Source of the DNA: an uncultured archaeon
GTDB taxonomy: Archaea > Asgardarchaeota > Lokiarchaeia > Sigyniarchaeales > SOKP01
DNA: 64,000 bases
Assembly: GCA_964632315.1 (NCBI GenBank)
Contig: CAZWEM010000010.1
Coordinates: forward strand, 43,333 to 107,332
Reading direction: 5' to 3'
The notes under the pieces were generated by a model. The model did no database searches. It saw only the letters and a list, made by a program, of their open reading frames with translations, and was not told where the DNA came from. Below, piece after piece: positions 9,409-19,496 of the stretch. Numbering within the stretch: position 1 is the first letter of the stretch; each line of letters opens with the position of its first letter. Made by a program: the position numbers and the translations under genes.

Positions 9409-9873
9409 TTATTCTTCCTTGCAACCTTCGCAGGTATGACTGAAAATCCTGACATCTTCTACACTTTCTAATTCTTTTGTTAATTGGATTAATAATTTTT
9501 TGTCTATTATTTTTGCTGATGAAAAGAATATTCCGAAATGACAATCTGTTAATTTTTCTCCAGTACAGAATCCTGTTGAAGTTAAAATATCATATCTCAT
9601 TTCCTCTTTCAACAATTTTAACACTTTCCCTAATAAATCAGGTAATATCTGTGGAACTTTTACTTCTATTAAATAGATTTTATCATATTTGGTGGGATAT
9701 AATGAAAAATGAGCATGCCTCGTTCCATGTTTTTCCTCCTTAGATGAAGCTAAAAAAAAATAGTCAAAATTATCTAACCCGATTTTTTTTTTAATCTCTC
9801 TTGGTAAGTCCCAATTAATTATTCCGTCTTTATTATAAAGCTTTACTTCATAATGTTTCAAGAGTTCAGACAT
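9409..9873 (-). CDS. Hypothetical protein, possible C-terminal ACT-like domain
   Basis: 154-aa ORF with normal composition; IEVKVP..PDLLGKVLKLL segment is ACT-like. Confidence 0.55.
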   Translation of the reverse strand: MSELLKHYEVKLYNKDGIINWDLPREIKKKIGLDNFDYFFLASSKEEKHGTRHAHFSLYPTKYDKIYLIEVKVPQILPDLLGKVLKLLKEEMRYDILTSTGFCTGEKLTDCHFGIFFSSAKIIDKKLLIQLTKELESVEDVRIFSHTCEGCKEE

Positions 9874-10057
9874 TTTTTAATACACCAGAGAACACGTATT
9901 CAAATAATCGTAAGATTTTAGATTTTTCTACTTTTCTCTTTATAAATAATTTGAGTAAATAACTTATAAGCTTAAATCAGAGAAATTCTTGATTTTTATT
10001 TAATATAATCTTAATATATAATTACTTTATAGTATAATAAACAATAGGTTATTAATT

Positions 10058-10411
10058 ATGCACGCAATAGGATTAGTTTTACTATATGATCGGAATATTG
10101 GGAAACCTGAAGATATTTCTAAGCGGTTTAGCAGCCATTTTGCTAATGTAGGCGAAAATTTGGTGTTAGAAGGATTATTAGAGTTACCGGAGTTTAAAGA
10201 AATTATGGATATGAAAAGGATATATTGGGGCGGGGTTAAAGAAAATTTCTTAAAGTTATTAGACGATGATGATGCCATTGGTAAACTTGCTTGGAAAGTT
10301 TTTGTAGAAAATGCCAAAATTGAACCTTCTGAAGAAGTAAAAAGTCTCATCTATGAAAAAGAAAATGCTCCATGGGACTTTTCTTTAATGGTTTGCGTAC
10401 TTTATGAATAA
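10058..10411 (+). CDS. Hypothetical protein
   Basis: 117-aa ORF with typical composition and upstream AT-rich promoter-like sequence. Confidence 0.6.
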   Translation: MHAIGLVLLYDRNIGKPEDISKRFSSHFANVGENLVLEGLLELPEFKEIMDMKRIYWGGVKENFLKLLDDDDAIGKLAWKVFVENAKIEPSEEVKSLIYEKENAPWDFSLMVCVLYE

Positions 10412-10587
10412 TTATCTAAATTAAATAGCAATTTTTTTATTTTTATTAACTCATTGAATGTTAAAATAGAGATCTATTTGCTTAATGATGCAATTTTTAT
10501 TTTGTTGATTCCTATTTAAATTTTATATGAGAGAAATACGATTTAGCAGAATAATAAATCATTTAAAATTTATGCTGGGTAAATTAT

Positions 10588-12156
10588 ATGACAGAATACC
10601 GGTTAGTTTATGATTCGGGAAGTAAAGTTTTAAAGTGTGCTATTGCTGATGAATTTGGAAAAATTATTTCTTTGGAATCTAAGGAAGAAGAGGTAATTAA
10701 AAGTGAGGATGGGCTTTATCGGGAATGGAATTATAAAAAGTATTGGGAAGATTTAATCAATTTAACCAAAATTACAATAAACTCAGCTAAAATCGATCCA
10801 AAGCAAATAAAATACATTACTGCTTCTTCGATGCGTCCAAGTTGTGTCTTTGCGGATGATAACAATAATGCTATTTATATAGGGGCAAGTTTTGAATGTC
10901 GAGGAATTGATTATGCTGAGGATATTGAAAGAGAATTTGAGGAAAGCACGGGTAAAACATTCTATGAGAGCACTGGCCATTTTCCTTCTCTCCTTTTTAT
11001 ACCTGCTCGTTATAAATATTTTAAAGAAGAAGATGACGGCAGATTTGGACAAATTACCCAATATTTTCCAATGGATAGTTGGATTTTAATAAAATTTGGA
11101 GGAGAAGTTCATGCTAACATAACTAGTGCTGCGGAATCTGGATTTTTTGATTTAAATACGAAATTATGGCATCCTGCTTGGGAAGAAATTTTAGATTTAC
11201 CTGATTATTTTTTTCCTTGGCCGGTAATGCCTGGTGAAATAATTGGTACGGTTTCTGAATACTATGAAGAGTTATTAGGATTAAGTACAGATACTAAATT
11301 GGTTGCTGGAATTTCGGATACCCAAGCAGCAATGCTAGGTTGTCAATGTATAGAAATAGGTTCTATAGGGACAGTTTTAGGAACAACCTCACCAGTTCAA
11401 GCAATATCACATAAACCACATTATGATCCAAATGTGAAAATATGGAACGGACTGTTTGCATGTAAAAATTTATTTAGTTATTATTATTTGGAAACAAATT
11501 CTGGAATCACTGGTCAGTTGCTTAATTGGGCAGCAAATTTATTTTTTAAAGATAAAGGTTTATCGCCAAAACAACGCTTTCAAAAGTTAGATAGAGCATA
11601 TGATGAATATGATCGCTTTGAATTGGAGGCAGAGAATGAAAAAGTAGATCAATCGAGCATATATTCACTATTAGGACCTTCTCCTTTAGCTAGTACGCAA
11701 ATGGGTATGACTCCGGGGATATTTTATTTCCAAAGTCCCGGAGGTATTGAAGAAGTTGAAGGCAAAAAGAATGCCTTTATTGCAGCAGTTTTTGATAATA
11801 TACAATTTGCTGTAATAAAAAATATTGAATATCTTGTTAATTTTGCAAATATAGAAAGTCAAAATTACTCGATTGTAGGAGGTATTACACAAAATTCCAC
11901 TTTGGTGCAAAGATTTGCTGATCTTCTCCAAGCTCCGATAATAACCTCAAAAAATGAAGAAATAAGTATTCAAGGAATGCTAGTGCTATGTGATGTTGCT
12001 GCAGGGAAAATAAACAATTTAGAAGAGCTTAAATCTAGAAATGAAAAATTAAATCTGTTAGTAAAGATGGAACCTAGAGAAAATATGAAACTGAAATTAC
12101 TAAATAAATATAATAAATGGTTAAAAATTTTCCAGCAGTTTAATAAGAATTTTTGA
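10588..12156 (+). CDS. FGGY family carbohydrate kinase (LsrK-like)
   Basis: YDSGS...K, SSMR, SDTQAAMLG, LGTT and VGG motifs; 522 aa. Confidence 0.85.
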   Translation: MTEYRLVYDSGSKVLKCAIADEFGKIISLESKEEEVIKSEDGLYREWNYKKYWEDLINLTKITINSAKIDPKQIKYITASSMRPSCVFADDNNNAIYIGASFECRGIDYAEDIEREFEESTGKTFYESTGHFPSLLFIPARYKYFKEEDDGRFGQITQYFPMDSWILIKFGGEVHANITSAAESGFFDLNTKLWHPAWEEILDLPDYFFPWPVMPGEIIGTVSEYYEELLGLSTDTKLVAGISDTQAAMLGCQCIEIGSIGTVLGTTSPVQAISHKPHYDPNVKIWNGLFACKNLFSYYYLETNSGITGQLLNWAANLFFKDKGLSPKQRFQKLDRAYDEYDRFELEAENEKVDQSSIYSLLGPSPLASTQMGMTPGIFYFQSPGGIEEVEGKKNAFIAAVFDNIQFAVIKNIEYLVNFANIESQNYSIVGGITQNSTLVQRFADLLQAPIITSKNEEISIQGMLVLCDVAAGKINNLEELKSRNEKLNLLVKMEPRENMKLKLLNKYNKWLKIFQQFNKNF

Positions 12157-12208
12157 TTTTTTATAAATAAAAATACTTTTAAAAAATTAAATGGTCTTAT
12201 AAAAAGCG

Positions 12209-12970
12209 ATGAATAGTTTAGATTATCAAAATAAAAGGTTATATGCTTATAATGTGCATTTGATAGTTGCTTTATTGTTAATTTTCATTGCGGGATTTTT
12301 ACTTATTTTTTTAGGTTTAATTCTTAACCCAGAACAAATCAACATTTTGATAATTCTTGGCTTTAGTTTCATAATTATTGGAATTATCCAGTGCATCTTG
12401 ATTATTAGAAAAGTTATAAAGAGAACCGATCTCCTATTTGACAAAGTCGAAGTTCAAATTCAATCTAGTAATAAAGGGGGATTTTTACATATAATTCGCC
12501 CAGAAGTTTCAAAAAGCAAATCACAGCGCATAGAAGCACCTAAAATTCCGTCAAATCCATTTTTTAAAACTCAAAGTGATTCCAATGAAAAATCTGAGAT
12601 AATTAAAAAAGGTTCAGGAGATTTAAAAAGTAAAATTGTAAATATTTCAATTGAGGAGGCACTTCAAAAGATTATTGACAGATATAATGATCCGAATGTA
12701 TCTAAAATGTTCACAAATTGGCAAAATACATTAATGATGAGTTTTCCAGATCTTAAAAAAAACTATCTTTTCAAAATTAATAATGATCAAGGCATTAAAT
12801 TAGAAGAAGGATATAAAGATGACGTCGCTGTACAAGTTAGCTTAGATTCTGAAACGTTTATTAAAATGATGACTAAACAAATCAATCCAATCAAAGCATA
12901 TAGCAGTGGTGAACTAGAAGTAAAAGGGAAGATGAAAAATCTCCTAAAGTTAAGAAAGTTAATGTTTTAA
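12209..12970 (+). CDS. Membrane-anchored SCP2 sterol-carrier domain protein
   Basis: Two N-terminal TM helices; C-terminal DSETFIKMM...NPIKAYSSGELEVKG SCP2 signature. Confidence 0.8.
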   Translation: MNSLDYQNKRLYAYNVHLIVALLLIFIAGFLLIFLGLILNPEQINILIILGFSFIIIGIIQCILIIRKVIKRTDLLFDKVEVQIQSSNKGGFLHIIRPEVSKSKSQRIEAPKIPSNPFFKTQSDSNEKSEIIKKGSGDLKSKIVNISIEEALQKIIDRYNDPNVSKMFTNWQNTLMMSFPDLKKNYLFKINNDQGIKLEEGYKDDVAVQVSLDSETFIKMMTKQINPIKAYSSGELEVKGKMKNLLKLRKLMF

Positions 12971-12991
12971 TTATAATATCATACAAAGAGG

Positions 12992-14722
12992 TTGAACGGC
13001 TTGAAAGCATTTGTTACAACTCAATTGTCCCCAGAAGCTTTAAAAAAACTTAGGATGTTATTGCTAGATGATGTTGTGTATGAAAGTTGGCGTGAAACAA
13101 AAAACCTATATTTTGATGCACAAGAGTTGGTCAATAAAATAAATAATATCCAAGCTGAAATTTTCATATGTGAAGGAGATAATGTCAAGAAAGAGGTATT
13201 AGAAAATGTTGATCTTAAAATTATAGCATCAACTCGTGATGATCCTAACAATATTGATTTAGAAACCGCTACCAAAAAGGGTATCCCAGTGCTCTATACT
13301 CCTGGAAGAAATCGAAATGCAGTTGCAGAAATGACAATTACGCTTATACTGACTTTAATTAGAAAAGTATATAAAGTAGCCCAAATACTCTCTTCTGAAC
13401 AATTCCGTGTAGAAAGTTTTGCGGACTATGTCAATTATTACAACATGTTTACAGGTAATGAACTTAAAGGAAAGAAAATAGGGATCATTGGATTAGGAAA
13501 TATAGGGTTTGAAGTTGCAAAACGTCTTAAAGCTTTTGATGTTAACTTTTTGATCTATGACCCATATATCCAAAAAGAAAGGTTAGAGTTTATTCATGGA
13601 GAGCTAGTGGATCTTGAAACTTTAATGAAAAATTCTGATATAATTTCAATTCATTGCCCTCCAACAGATGAAACTGAGGGCCTTGTTGGGCAAAATCAAT
13701 TATCCTTGATGAAATCTAGTGCTTTCTTCATTAATCTCGGACGCGCTTCAATCGTTGATCAAAATGCTCTATACAATTCTCTTAAAGCAAGAAAAATTGC
13801 TGGTGCTGCTATAGATGTTTTTGATATTGAGCCAGTAGATCAAGACAATGAATTTCTTGAACTGGATAATGTTATCGTTACTCCTCATATCGGAGGAGAT
13901 ACTTTTGAGACAATCCAGAATCAAAGCATGATGATAGTGGAAGGAATACGTAAAATTATTAATGATGAAATTCCAACTAATATCTTAAATCCAAAAGTAC
14001 TGCCAGGATATTCTTCGGAAAAAATTCTACAACCTAAAACAGGAATAAAAATAGAATTATCCAACTATAAAAGAGAAAGCATCGAAATTTTAGAAGTTTG
14101 TAAAAAGATGCTAAAAAGAGGCCTTATTATTGGTACTGCAGGTAATGTATCGATGCGTGTAAAATTACCGGATGGAAGTGATGGATTTCTTTTAACTCCA
14201 AGCACGGTATCTTATGAGAACATGAAAATAGAAGATCTAGTACTAATAGATAAAAATTTGAAAGTGCTTGCAGGAGTTCGAAATCCCACATCTGAAAAAC
14301 ATCTTCACATAAATATCCTACTTTCCAGAAAAGATATTAATGCTGTTATTCATTCACATGCTCCATATTCCACGATCTTATCAATTGCTCGCATGCCTTT
14401 AGGACCTATTGTTGACGAAATTATACCATTTATCGGCGGGTGTGAAATAGCAGATTATGAGATGGCTGGTACAGAAGAAATCTCTCAAAAAGCATTAAAA
14501 GCTTTAGGTAATAACTATGCGGTATTTTTACCTAATCACGGTAATATATGTGTTGGAATAGATATGCAACACGCATTCACAGTGCTGGAGCAGTTAGAAT
14601 TCGCCGCAAAGGTTCAATATAAGGCATCTTTATTAGGTACGATTTATGCTCTTCCAGAGGACGCTGAAAAAGATGAAAAAGAGATGTTTGAGATCATGCG
14701 AGAAGCGAATGATATGGGATAG
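12992..14722 (+). CDS. Fusion of D-2-hydroxyacid dehydrogenase and class II aldolase (probable start TTG 13001)
   Basis: NAVAE, GLGNIG, INLGR, DVF..EP and TPHIGG, followed by GNVS.R, PTSE..LH, HSH and LPNHG. Confidence 0.9.
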   Translation: MNGLKAFVTTQLSPEALKKLRMLLLDDVVYESWRETKNLYFDAQELVNKINNIQAEIFICEGDNVKKEVLENVDLKIIASTRDDPNNIDLETATKKGIPVLYTPGRNRNAVAEMTITLILTLIRKVYKVAQILSSEQFRVESFADYVNYYNMFTGNELKGKKIGIIGLGNIGFEVAKRLKAFDVNFLIYDPYIQKERLEFIHGELVDLETLMKNSDIISIHCPPTDETEGLVGQNQLSLMKSSAFFINLGRASIVDQNALYNSLKARKIAGAAIDVFDIEPVDQDNEFLELDNVIVTPHIGGDTFETIQNQSMMIVEGIRKIINDEIPTNILNPKVLPGYSSEKILQPKTGIKIELSNYKRESIEILEVCKKMLKRGLIIGTAGNVSMRVKLPDGSDGFLLTPSTVSYENMKIEDLVLIDKNLKVLAGVRNPTSEKHLHINILLSRKDINAVIHSHAPYSTILSIARMPLGPIVDEIIPFIGGCEIADYEMAGTEEISQKALKALGNNYAVFLPNHGNICVGIDMQHAFTVLEQLEFAAKVQYKASLLGTIYALPEDAEKDEKEMFEIMREANDMG

Positions 14723-14732
14723 GAGTTTCTTT

Positions 14733-15374
14733 CTACACTAAATATTTCCTCACAATTTCTCCTCTTGGTTCCAATTCTTCAAAAAGAATTGCTTGAAATG
14801 AATAAATTTGTGTACTTTTTTCTTTCCATGAATCTTCAGGAAGCCAAGCTTTAGTGCAGGTATGTCGTAAAAATGTTTCTACATCCCAATTTCGATCGTG
14901 ATCAACTGGAACTTGAGGGAGTAATAAACCTCTTCTACCTCCTCTTTCAGCTATCAAACCATCTCTACCAATTTTTATTTTATTAAAGTAATCTTTAGGT
15001 TCATTTACTTCGATTAGTTTTGGGGGGGTGAGAATTGATAGTTCTATCACTATATTATCCATTTCTCGTAAAGTAACTGGAGGAAATCGCGGATCCTCAG
15101 TAGCAGAGCTTATAGATACTTTGTGGACAACTTCATAAAGAGGATAAATCGGTTCTATGAATCCTATGCATCCTCTTAATGGATTTCCTGATACATTATA
15201 CTTATTAAGTGTAACAAAAGCTCCATACTTCCCCGAAAATAATTCTTTAAGTTTTTCTGGAATTGATATTTTTTTCCCTGTTTTCAATAAAGTTTCAATG
15301 TTTTCTCGAGCAAATTCTATTAATGCTTTTCCATCCTCAAGAGTAAAAATTTCATCTTCAGACATTTTAATCAC
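14733..15374 (-). CDS. AMMECR1-domain protein (AmmeMemoRadiSam protein A)
   Basis: GAFVTL, LRGCIG, DPRF.PV, GRDGL and GLLLPQV motifs. Confidence 0.92.
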   Translation of the reverse strand: MIKMSEDEIFTLEDGKALIEFARENIETLLKTGKKISIPEKLKELFSGKYGAFVTLNKYNVSGNPLRGCIGFIEPIYPLYEVVHKVSISSATEDPRFPPVTLREMDNIVIELSILTPPKLIEVNEPKDYFNKIKIGRDGLIAERGGRRGLLLPQVPVDHDRNWDVETFLRHTCTKAWLPEDSWKEKSTQIYSFQAILFEELEPRGEIVRKYLV

Positions 15375-15414
15375 AACTCATAAACATTATTTATTATGGT
15401 ATTTTATACATGAA

Positions 15415-16848
15415 TCATTTAAAGTTATTTCTTATAATAATTCCAGATGGTTTTAAAGATTCTTCAGTTATTTCATTTCCTCTCAAAAAAGTTTTCCAAA
15501 TTCTAGCACTTGTTAAACGATTTGTTAAATTTGAGTTTTCAAATGGAGTGTATTTTGCTTTACTTCTAAATTCTGTTGATTTTATTTCATAATCTTTTGT
15601 TTTTTCAACGATTATCAAGTCAGCGTAATAGCCTTCTTTGATCTTTCCTTTTAATTTTAAATTAAATCTTTTTGCGGGGTTCGTAGCAGAAATTCCTACA
15701 AAAGTGCTTAAATTCATCTTCTTTTTTAACACTCTATCTAAGAGAATTAAAGTATAAGTCTCGAATCCAGGAAATCCGGAAGGAGCGCTAAAAAATGGCA
15801 GAGTCTTTTCTTGAAGTGTATGTGGGGCATGATCTGTGCCTATATATTTGATAGTTCCCTCATCCAATTGTTTATTTAGATATAATGAATTTTCTTTGTC
15901 TCTTAACGGTGGCAAAACTTTTCCGATACAGGGATTTTTTAATTCAATATCATTACTTAAAAAAAGATGGTGCGGTGTTACTTCAAAAGATATATCTGGT
16001 TCAAACTTGCAGAGATACATTTTTTTCCGAATGTTGTAATCAAATGACTCTTGTATTTTTTCTATACTACTTTTACAGCTAACATGACAAAAATGAATTA
16101 TTGGAAGTTTCTCTAATGGAAGTTGATTTTCATTAGCCACCTGAAAATAATTCTTTAAGATGAACTCTATATATTTTGTCTCATTTTTACAGGGATGCAT
16201 TTGATCATAGATTTTTAATTGAGTTTTTCCTTGGGAGGTTTTATTATCAAAAATCTTTTCATCTTGACCGTGTGACCAATCAGGATGAATAAATATAGGT
16301 ATACGATATAAAGATGAAATTAATAGAAGTTTTTTGATATACACCTCATTATACCAATCACAATTATTCAGAGGTTTGAGAGGATAGATTTTAAAACCAA
16401 TAACACCTAGATTAATTATCTTTTTTATTTCTTCATCATCAATATCGTTAGGAACCCCTGAAATGAATGCTACATCAACAAAAATTTTATTTTGGGTAGC
16501 TTTCATCCATTTTTCAACTTGTTTAGCTGAAATTGCAGGAGGTTTTGTATTTGGCATGTTGAAAACTGTAGTAATTCCAGAAAATGCTGCAGCTTTAGTC
16601 CCAGTTTTGAAACTTTCCTTATCAGATTGTTCCATATCTCTTAAATGAGCATGGATATCAATAATTCCAGGGAGAATTATCCTTCCTTCACAATTAATCT
16701 CAAGACCATCTAAATTTTGAGATCTAATCATCTCCTGATCAATTTTACGTTCATTGAGAGAAATTTGCTTTATTTTATCTGAATTGATTAATATACTTCC
16801 TTCTTTAAGGGAATTTCCCGTAAAGATTTTTGCGTTCTTTAGGATCAT
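15415..16848 (-). CDS. pyrC: Dihydroorotase (amidohydrolase family)
   Basis: PGIIDIHAHLR, MPNTKP, HFCHVS, EVTPHHL, PPLR and GTDHAPH motifs. Confidence 0.85.
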   Translation of the reverse strand: MILKNAKIFTGNSLKEGSILINSDKIKQISLNERKIDQEMIRSQNLDGLEINCEGRIILPGIIDIHAHLRDMEQSDKESFKTGTKAAAFSGITTVFNMPNTKPPAISAKQVEKWMKATQNKIFVDVAFISGVPNDIDDEEIKKIINLGVIGFKIYPLKPLNNCDWYNEVYIKKLLLISSLYRIPIFIHPDWSHGQDEKIFDNKTSQGKTQLKIYDQMHPCKNETKYIEFILKNYFQVANENQLPLEKLPIIHFCHVSCKSSIEKIQESFDYNIRKKMYLCKFEPDISFEVTPHHLFLSNDIELKNPCIGKVLPPLRDKENSLYLNKQLDEGTIKYIGTDHAPHTLQEKTLPFFSAPSGFPGFETYTLILLDRVLKKKMNLSTFVGISATNPAKRFNLKLKGKIKEGYYADLIIVEKTKDYEIKSTEFRSKAKYTPFENSNLTNRLTSARIWKTFLRGNEITEESLKPSGIIIRNNFK

Positions 16849-16868
16849 CGGATTTTACAATGATTTAG

Positions 16869-17465
16869 TTATTCTTGTTGATCTAATTGATAATTAATAT
16901 ATAATATTTTGTTTTCTAATGAAAATGTTTTAGGTAGGTGAATTCGCTCAAGTTCTCCTAAATTATGTAGTGCAAGATTTTTCTCTCTTGATTCATCTAA
17001 TATAATAACATCTTGGTGCGTAAAAGTGTAATTTGTATTTTTTCTCAAATTGGAATTTATATCCTCAATTAAGAAAAATTTTTCTCCTATTTCTTGAATA
17101 GAAGTAAGAAATTGATCTAAGTTAATTGTTTTTTTAATGAAAATTCCAGGAGTCGAATTAATCCATTTATTATAAGGGATCGCTTCCTGAATTTCTAATG
17201 CTTTTAATAGTAATATCGCTTGTGAACGTTCATCTGGACCAAGATATCGTAAATACTTTCCACTTAATTTTATAATTAAGAGATTTTGATTTATTGCGAT
17301 ATAGATGCCATTTTCCTTCCTTATGGAGTATGATAGACAAAATACTTCTCTAAGACACGAGCATAATTTATAAATATCGAGGGGAGTATTACCTTCATCG
17401 ATTGCTTTTTTATTAAAACTCGAGATTGTTTCAATTAAAATTAAAAACCTTACCAAATCAATCAA
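16869..17465 (-). CDS. TrmY (DUF358)-like SPOUT protein with degenerate C-terminus
   Basis: F.LS..IR, LRYLGPDERS.A.LL.KAL and STPGI motifs; located directly downstream of SRP54. Confidence 0.65.
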   Translation of the reverse strand: MIDLVRFLILIETISSFNKKAIDEGNTPLDIYKLCSCLREVFCLSYSIRKENGIYIAINQNLLIIKLSGKYLRYLGPDERSQAILLLKALEIQEAIPYNKWINSTPGIFIKKTINLDQFLTSIQEIGEKFFLIEDINSNLRKNTNYTFTHQDVIILDESREKNLALHNLGELERIHLPKTFSLENKILYINYQLDQQE

Positions 17466-17470
17466 ACTAT

Positions 17471-18841
17471 TTAAAATTTAAAATTTTTTCCAAGTTTATT
17501 AAAAAATGAGGGATCAATATTTCCTAATCCGGGCATCCCCCCCTTACCTTTTTTTTGCATTTGGAGAAATCGTTTCATAAACTTTTTCATTTGATTGTAT
17601 TGATCCAACATCCTATTAATAGTTGCGTAATCTGTTCCACTACCTATAGCAATCCTTCTTTTTCTTGATTTCTTTATTAATTTCGGTTCTTCTTTCTCTT
17701 CTTGAGTCATTGAATTCAATACAACTTCCCATCTTTCTAAGTTTTTTTCTGCATCTTCTTTTAAAGCATCTGGGATATTTCCCCCCCCAATCATCGAGAA
17801 AATCTGTTTTGCTCTTCCAACTTTCTTCAAGCTTTTTAGTTGAAAGTAGAGATCATCTAAAGTGAATTTTCCACGCATCATTCTCTTTACCATTTCTGGA
17901 TCGGCTTCAACTTCCGCATCTTGGACTTTCTTTACTAATCCTTCAATATCAGGTATTCCTAATAAGTTTCCTACGAATTTTGACGGTTCAAATTCTTCTA
18001 ATTCATCAATTTTTTCTCCTACACCAATGAATCTTATTGATTGACCCGTTGCTGCACAAGCTGAAAGCGCTCCTCCTCCCTTAGCTGTTCCATCTAATTT
18101 TGTAACAATAATACTACCTATATTTGTTGATTTTGAGAATTCTTCCGCTTGAGTATATGCTTGCTGACCTAAACTTCCGTCTATTACTAAAATAACTTCA
18201 TTTGGTTTTAGAGCATTTTCTATTTGGCTCATTTCCTTCATTAATTCTTTCTCTTCTTTGTGTCTTCCTGCAGTATCTACAAGAATAATATCATTACCTT
18301 CATTTATTGCTTTTTTCGCTTCTTTTACAGCAATTTTAACAGCATTCTTCTCGGAAGGATTCCCATAACATTTAATACCAACTTGGCTAGATAATTGTTG
18401 CAGTTGTTCATATGCTCCAGGACGCCAAGTATCTGTTGTAACTGCCGCTACATTATAACCCTTACTTTTATAATAACGAGCCAATTTTCCAACTGTGGTC
18501 GTTTTCCCTGAACCTTGTATACCCACTAGTAGTATAATGTTATGCTTACCCGATTTTATTCTTATAGGTGATGGTTTTCCTCCAAGAGTTTTAATTAATT
18601 GATCATGAACCAACTTGATAATGAAGTCCTTTCTTTTTGCTCTTTGTAATTTGGTATTAGTTGCTTCTTTTTTTATTTTTTCAGTCATTTGAAATACTAA
18701 TTCAACTTTTACATCTGCTTGAAGTAGACTGCGTTGTAAATCTTGAATTAAAGCATTAATTGCCTCTTTATCTACTTGTGGGAGCCTTCTCAATTTTCTT
18801 AAGGCATTATCAAGTGATCTTCCAAGTTGTTCTAAAACCAT
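17471..18841 (-). CDS. srp54: Signal recognition particle protein SRP54
   Basis: GIQGSGKTTT, DTWRPGA, DTAGR and TKLDG.AKGG motifs; M domain with SR..RIA.GSG. Confidence 0.97.
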   Translation of the reverse strand: MVLEQLGRSLDNALRKLRRLPQVDKEAINALIQDLQRSLLQADVKVELVFQMTEKIKKEATNTKLQRAKRKDFIIKLVHDQLIKTLGGKPSPIRIKSGKHNIILLVGIQGSGKTTTVGKLARYYKSKGYNVAAVTTDTWRPGAYEQLQQLSSQVGIKCYGNPSEKNAVKIAVKEAKKAINEGNDIILVDTAGRHKEEKELMKEMSQIENALKPNEVILVIDGSLGQQAYTQAEEFSKSTNIGSIIVTKLDGTAKGGGALSACAATGQSIRFIGVGEKIDELEEFEPSKFVGNLLGIPDIEGLVKKVQDAEVEADPEMVKRMMRGKFTLDDLYFQLKSLKKVGRAKQIFSMIGGGNIPDALKEDAEKNLERWEVVLNSMTQEEKEEPKLIKKSRKRRIAIGSGTDYATINRMLDQYNQMKKFMKRFLQMQKKGKGGMPGLGNIDPSFFNKLGKNFKF

Positions 18842-18976
18842 ATTATAATCATTTTAGCGATTTGATTCTTATTATTTTTAAAAACTAATATTTTTTTTGA
18901 ATGAAATAAAGATAATTATATACATAAATGAAATATCATAAAATAATCTTAATCAAACAAAAAAATTGGTTTAAAA

Positions 18977-19405
18977 ATGTCGATAAGGAAAACTGAGGTT
19001 CAGAAGCTAAAATCGGGTCAATATATGATGGTTGAAGAAGAACCGTGTATAATTAAATCAACCGAAAGAAGTAAATCTGGTAAGCATGGTCATGCAAAAG
19101 TAAGAGTTGTATGTGTTGGAGTATTTGATAATAATAAGAGATCCTTAACTATACCAAGTGGTCATATGGTTGACATCCCAGAAATCATAAAAGGAAATGC
19201 ACAAATTAACTTTATTGAGGATAATTTAATTAATATAATGGACCTTGAGTCATACCATTCTTTGGATGTTAAATGGCCAACGGAACAAGAACTCGTTGAA
19301 AAATTGAAAGAGTTAAGAGCAAATCCCGCAAAGATGGCAAATTCTCAAGTCGAATATTGGCAACTTGCTGGAAAAACCTTAATAAATAGAGTAATTAGTG
19401 GATGA
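18977..19405 (+). CDS. eif5a: Translation factor eIF5A/aIF5A
   Basis: SKSGKHGHAK hypusine loop. Confidence 0.95.
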   Translation: MSIRKTEVQKLKSGQYMMVEEEPCIIKSTERSKSGKHGHAKVRVVCVGVFDNNKRSLTIPSGHMVDIPEIIKGNAQINFIEDNLINIMDLESYHSLDVKWPTEQELVEKLKELRANPAKMANSQVEYWQLAGKTLINRVISG

Positions 19406-19496
19406 GTCTCCTTTTTTTCATTAGAGATCTAAATTAATTCTTATATAAAAGTAATTTATATTTTTATTTAATTAGCATACTTAAAAGCAGAGAACG

